Source of the DNA: Candidatus Multivorans sp.
Lineage (GTDB): Bacteria > Acidobacteriota > Thermoanaerobaculia > Multivoradales > Multivoraceae
Assembly (NCBI GenBank): GCA_965247095.1
Contig: OZ251997.1
Coordinates: 2,144,001-2,208,000, forward strand
Direction: 5' to 3'
Length of the DNA: 64,000 nt
Positions 15,001-21,000 of the stretch are shown here, piece by piece. Each line of letters starts with the position of its first letter. Position 1 is the stretch's first letter. A model generated the notes under the pieces. The model saw only the letters and a list, made by a program, of their open reading frames with translations, was not told the DNA's origin and ran no database searches. The translations under genes were made by a program, and so were the position numbers.

Positions 15001-18000
15001 AGACCAAGACGATCACGGTGACCGCGAGCGAGGACGCGGACCTCGACGACGAGACGGTGACGCTGAGCTTCGGCACCTTGCCGACGGGCGTCACCGCCGG
15101 CACGCCGTCATCGGCGGCGGTGACGCTGGAGGACGACGACGACGACGCGGAGGCGTTGACGGTGACCTTCGGCGCGTCGACCTACACGGCGATCGAGAAC
15201 GGCGCCGCAGCGGCGGTGACGGTGGGTCTGGACAAGATGTCGGACCGGGCGCTGACCATCCCGATCACCCTCTCGCCGTCGACCGGGGACTTCAGCGCAT
15301 CGTCCACCAGCCTGAGCTTCGCGGCAGGCGACCGGACCAAGACGATCACGGTGACCGCGAGCGAGGATGCGGACCTCGCCGACGAGACGGTGACGCTGAG
15401 CTTCGGCACCCTGCCGACGGGCGTCACCGCCGGCACGCCGTCGTCGGCGGCGGTGACGCTGGAGGACGACGACGACGCCGCGGAGGCGTTGACGGTGACC
15501 TTCGGGAAGTCGACCTACACGGCGATCGAGAACGGCGCCGCCGCCTCGGTGACGGTGGGTCTGGACAAGATGGCGGACCGGGCGCTGACCATCCCGATCA
15601 CCCTCTCGCCGTCGACCGGGGACTTCAGCGCATCGTCCACCAGCCTGAGCTTCGCGGCAGGCGACCAGACCAAGACGATCACGGTGACCGCGAGCGAGGA
15701 CGCGGACCTCGACGACGAGACGGTGACGCTGAGCTTCGGCACCTTGCCGACGGGCGTCACCGCCGGCACGCCGTCGTCGGCGGCGGTGACGCTGGAGGAC
15801 GACGACGACGACGCGGAGGCGTTGACGGTGACCTTCGGGAAGTCGACCTACACGGCGATCGAGAACGGCACTGCGGCAGCGGTGACGGTGGGTCTGGACA
15901 AGATGGCGGACCGGGCGCTGACCATCCCGATCACCCTCTCGCCGTCGACCGGGGACTTCAGCGCATCGTCCACCAGCCTGAGCTTCGCGGCAGGCGACCA
16001 GACCAAGACGATCACGGTGACCGCGAGCGAGGACACGGACCTCGACGACGAGACGGTGACGCTGAGCTTCGGCACCTTGCCGACGGGCGTCACCGCCGGC
16101 ACGCCGTCGTCGGCGGCGGTGACGCTCGAGGACGACGACGACGCCGCGGAGGCGTTGACGGTGACCTTCGGGGCGTCGACCTACACGGCGATCGAGAACG
16201 GCGCCGCCGTCACGGTGACGGTGAGTCTGGACGCGACGTCGGACCGGGCGCTGACGATCCCGATCAGCCTTTCGCCGTCGACCGGCGACTTCAGCGCATC
16301 GTCCACCAGTCTGAGCTTCGCGGCAGGCGACCAGACCAAGACGATCACGGTGACCGCGAGCGAGGACGCGGACCTCGACGACGAGACGGTGACGCTGAGC
16401 TTCGGCACCTTGCCGACGGGCGTCACCGCCGGCACGCCGTCGTCGGCGGCGGTGACGCTCGAGGACGACGACGACGCCGCGGAGGCGTTGACGGTGACCT
16501 TCGGCGCGTCGACCTACACGGCGATCGAGAACGGCGCCGCCGTCACGGTGACGGTGGGTCTGGACAAGATGGCGGACCGGGCGCTGACCATCCCGATCAC
16601 CCTTTCGCCGTCGACCGGCGACTTCAGCGCATCGTCCACCAGTCTGAGCTTCGCGGCAGGCGACCAGACCAAGACGATCACGGTGACCGCGAGCGAGGAC
16701 GCGGACCTCGACGACGAGACGGTGACGCTGAGCTTCGGCACCTTGCCGACGGGCGTCACCGCCGGCACGCCGTCGTCCGCGGCGGTGACGCTGGAGGACG
16801 ACGACGACGACGCGGAGGCGTTGACGGTGACCTTCGCGGCGTCGACCTACACGGCGATCGAGAACGGCGCCGCCGCCTCGGTGACGGTGGGTCTGGACAA
16901 GATGGCGGACCGGGCGCTGACCATCCCGATCACCCTCTCGCCGTCGACCGGGGACTTCAGCGCATCGTCCACCAGCCTGAGCTTCGCGGCAGGCGACCAG
17001 ACCAAGACGATCACGGTGACCGCGAGCGAGGACACGGACCTCGACGACGAGACGGTGACGCTGAGCTTCGGCACCTTGCCGACGGGCGTCACCGCCGGCA
17101 CGCCGTCGTCGGCGGCGGTGACGCTCGAGGACGACGACGACGCCGCGGAGGCGTTGACGGTGACCTTCGGGGCGTCGACCTACACGGCGATCGAGAACGG
17201 CGCCGCCGTCACGGTGACGGTGAGTCTGGACGCGACGTCGGACCGGGCGCTGACGATCCCGATCAGCCTTTCGCCGTCGACCGGCGACTTCAGCGCATCG
17301 TCCACCAGCCTGAGCTTCGCGGCAGGCGACCAGACCAAGACGATCACGGTGACCGCGAGCGAGGACGCGGACCTCGATGACGAGACGGTAACGCTGAGCT
17401 TCGGCACCTTGCCGACGGGCGTCACCGCCGGCACGCCGTCGTCCGCGGCGGTGACGCTGGAGGACGACGACGACGCCGCGGAGGCGTTGACGGTGACCTT
17501 CGGCGCGTCGACCTACACGGCGATCGAGAACGGCGCCGCCGTCACGGTGACGGTGGGTCTGGACAAGATGGCGGACCGGGCGCTGACGATCCCGATCACC
17601 CTCTCGCCGTCGACCGGGGACTTCAGCGCATCGTCCACCAGCCTGAGCTTCGCGGCAGGCGACCAGACCAAGACGATCACGGTGACCGCGAGCGAGGACG
17701 CGGACCTCGACGACGAGACGGTGACGCTGAGCTTCGGCACCTTGCCGACGGGCGTCACCGCCGGCACGCCGTCGTCGGCGGCGGTGACGCTGGAGGACGA
17801 CGACGACGACGCGGAGGCGTTGACGGTGACCTTCGCGGCGTCGACCTACACGGCGATCGAGAACGGCGCCGCCGCCTCGGTGACGGTGGGTCTGGACAAG
17901 ATGGCGGACCGGGCGCTGACGATCCCGATCAGCCTTTCGCCGTCGACCGGCGACTTCAGCGCATCGTCCACCAGTCTGAGCTTCGCGGCAGGCGACCAGA

Positions 18001-21000
18001 CCAAGACGATCACGGTGACCGCGAGCGAGGACGCGGACCTCGATGACGAGACGGTAACGCTGAGCTTCGGCACCTTGCCGACGGGCGTCACCGCCGGCAC
18101 GCCGTCGTCGGCGGCGGTGACGCTGGAGGACGACGACGACGCGGCGACATCGTTAACGGCGACCTTCGGTGCGTCGACCTACACGGCGATCGAGGGCGAG
18201 AGGGGCGTCTCGGTGACGGTCAGTGTCGACCAAGCCGCCGACCGGGCTCTGACGATCCCGATCACCACCGATCCGTCGAGCGGGGACTTCACGGGCCCGG
18301 CCGAAGTGGTCTTTGCGGTGGGTGATGACTCGAAGACGATCACAGTCACCGCGACCGACGACCCGGACCTCGACGACGAGACGGTGAGGCTGAGCTTCGG
18401 TGCGCTGCCGACCAATGTCAGTGCGGGGAGCCGGGCGGCGACGACGGTGACGCTCGTGGACGACGACCGAGCGGAGCTCACGGTGACGCTCGGCGCCGGG
18501 GGGACCGAGGGTGGCACGACCTATACGGCGACCGAGGGCGGCACGGGCGCCCAGGTGCCGGTGAGTCTGGGCCAGAGCGCCGATCGCTCCATAGTGATCC
18601 CGATCACCACCGACCCGGCGAGCGGCGACTTCACGCTATCGGCGACCAGCCTGAGCTTCGCGGTGGGCGATGAGACGAAGACGATCACAGTCACCGCGAC
18701 CGACGACCCGGACCTCGAGGATGAGACCGTAACGCTAGGCCTTGGTGCGCTGCCGGTCGATGTCAGTGCGGGGAGCCAGGCGACGACGACGGTGACGCTG
18801 GTGGACGACGACCGGACGCCGCTCACGGTGACGTTCGCCGCAGAGACCTACACCGCGAAGGAAAACGGGACGGAAGCCGAGGTGAGGGTGGCGCTGGACC
18901 AGGCCGCGGACCGGGAGGTGAGGATCCCGATCACCACCGACCCGGCGAGCGGGGACTTCACGGGCCCGGCCGAAGTGGTCTTTGCGGTGGGTGATGACTC
19001 GAAGACGATCACAGTCACCGCGACCGACGACCCGGACCTCGACGACGAGACGGTGAGGCTGAGCTTCGGCACGCTGCCGGTCGATGTCAGCGAGGGGGGC
19101 CAAGCGACGACGACGGTGACGCTGGTGGACGACGACCGGACGCCGCTCACGGTGACGTTCGCCGCAGAGACCTACACCGCGAAGGAAAACGGGACCGAGG
19201 CCGAGGTGAGGGTCGTGCTGGACCAGGCCGCGGACCGGGAGGTGAGGATCTCGATCACCGCCGATCCGGCGACGGGGGACTTCGCCCTGTCAGCGACGCA
19301 GGTGGTCTTTGCGGTGGGCGATGAGTCGAAGACGGTCACGGTGACGGCGAGCGAGGACCCGGACCTCGATGACGAGAGGGTGACGCTGGGCTTCGGCACC
19401 CTGCCGGTCGATGTCAGTGCGGGGAGCCCTTCAGCGACGACGGTGACGCTTGTGGATGACGACGAGGTGCCACTCGTGGTGAGCTTCGGGGCAGCGTCCT
19501 ACGAGGCGACGGAGGGCGGGCCCGCCGCCACGGTGACGGTGGCGCTCGACCAGGCCGCGGATCGGGAGGTGACCATCCCACTCACCACCGATCCGGAGAC
19601 GGGGGACTTCGCCCTGTCGGCGACGCAGGTGGTCTTCGCGGTGGACGATGCGACGAAGACGATCACGGTGACGGCGAGCGAGGACCCGGACCGCGATGAC
19701 GAGACGGTCGAGCTGGGCTTCGGCACCCTGCCGGTCGATGTCAGTGCGGGGAGCCCTTCAGCGACGACGGTGACGCTTGTGGACAAGACGCTACTGGAAC
19801 TCGAGGTGAGCTTTGTACAGGCGGACTACCAGATGAGGGAAGGAGTCGAAGCGCTCATCGAGGTGCAGGTGTCGCCGGCAGCGGACCGGCGAGTGGAAGT
19901 GCCGCTGGAAGTGACGCCAGAAGGAGGGGCGAGTGAAGCCGACTATCGCATGCCAGTGTCTGTAGTGATCGAGGAAGGCGAGAGCCAAGGCACGGTCACC
20001 ATGGAGGTTCACGCGGATGAAGTGAACGATCCTGGGGAGTCGGTTGTGGTGGGCTTGGCAGGGATGCCGGAGGCGGTGAGTGCGGGCGATCTCTCCGCGA
20101 CCCAGGTGCACTTCAGACAGTGGCGGACGACGGAACAGTTCTCGCAAACGCTTGAAGCAATAGCAGCGGTGATCGCACGCACAATGGGTGACAGCGCGCA
20201 AACGGCGATAGAGGGCCGGTTTGAGCGGCATCGGCAGAGGAGTCGATCGGGGCAATCGGTTGACACGATGCCGACACTGCAGCCGGGGAGCGTTGCACTC
20301 TCCGACCAAACGCACATTAGCCCCTCTCCAGGCTCCGTCATAGCGCCGAGTCGGAGAGTCTACGGGCAGCAGAATCGACTACATGGTTCTGGAGCCGGAG
20401 CCGGGCCGCTGGGACCGGGGTCGCGTGGCTTCTCAGGGGTGAGGGATCACCTGTTCAGCCTTTCGGGGGTCTCCTTCGAGATGTCCTCGGGGGCCTTCGA
20501 GACGTCCCTGGGAGAGAGTGAGAAGGAGACGAACTGGGTTCCGGTGTTGTGGGGACAAGGGAATCTGCACCACTTCAGCGGGGACTTGAAGCGGATGGGA
20601 ATGAACTATCGAGGAGGTCTCGAGGCCGCTCATGTGGGGCTGGATCTCTTTGCCGACGACCAGGTGCTCGCCGGTCTGTCGTTCATGCGCAGCCGGGGGC
20701 ACCTGGATTACACCGATGATGGGATAGATGCGGTGCTACTGGAGAGTCGCATGAACACGGTTCACCCCTATCTGCACTGGCAGCCGAATGAACGGTTGAG
20801 CGTATGGGGTATTGGCGGCCTGGGCTGGGGTCAAGTGGATGCCACGGAGCCGGGCCGGGCTCACGACTTCGATGCCGACTTTCTGATGTTCGCGGGGGGC
20901 GTGAGGGCGGTGCTAGGCGGGCGGGCTAACAACGAATGGGGTCTGCGAGCGGATGCCTTCACGGCCCAACTCCAGACCGACGCGTCGAAGGACATCGCCA

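Noticed and set aside
9854-18100. Twenty-five 84-aa minus-strand ORFs at 333-bp spacing
   Set aside because: Antisense shadows of the adhesin repeats; hydrophobic S/V-rich mirror translation with no independent signals.
6559-18145. Repeat array as CRISPR or non-coding satellite
   Set aside because: Units are contiguous, in-frame multiples of 3 with no unique spacers, and no cas genes are present.
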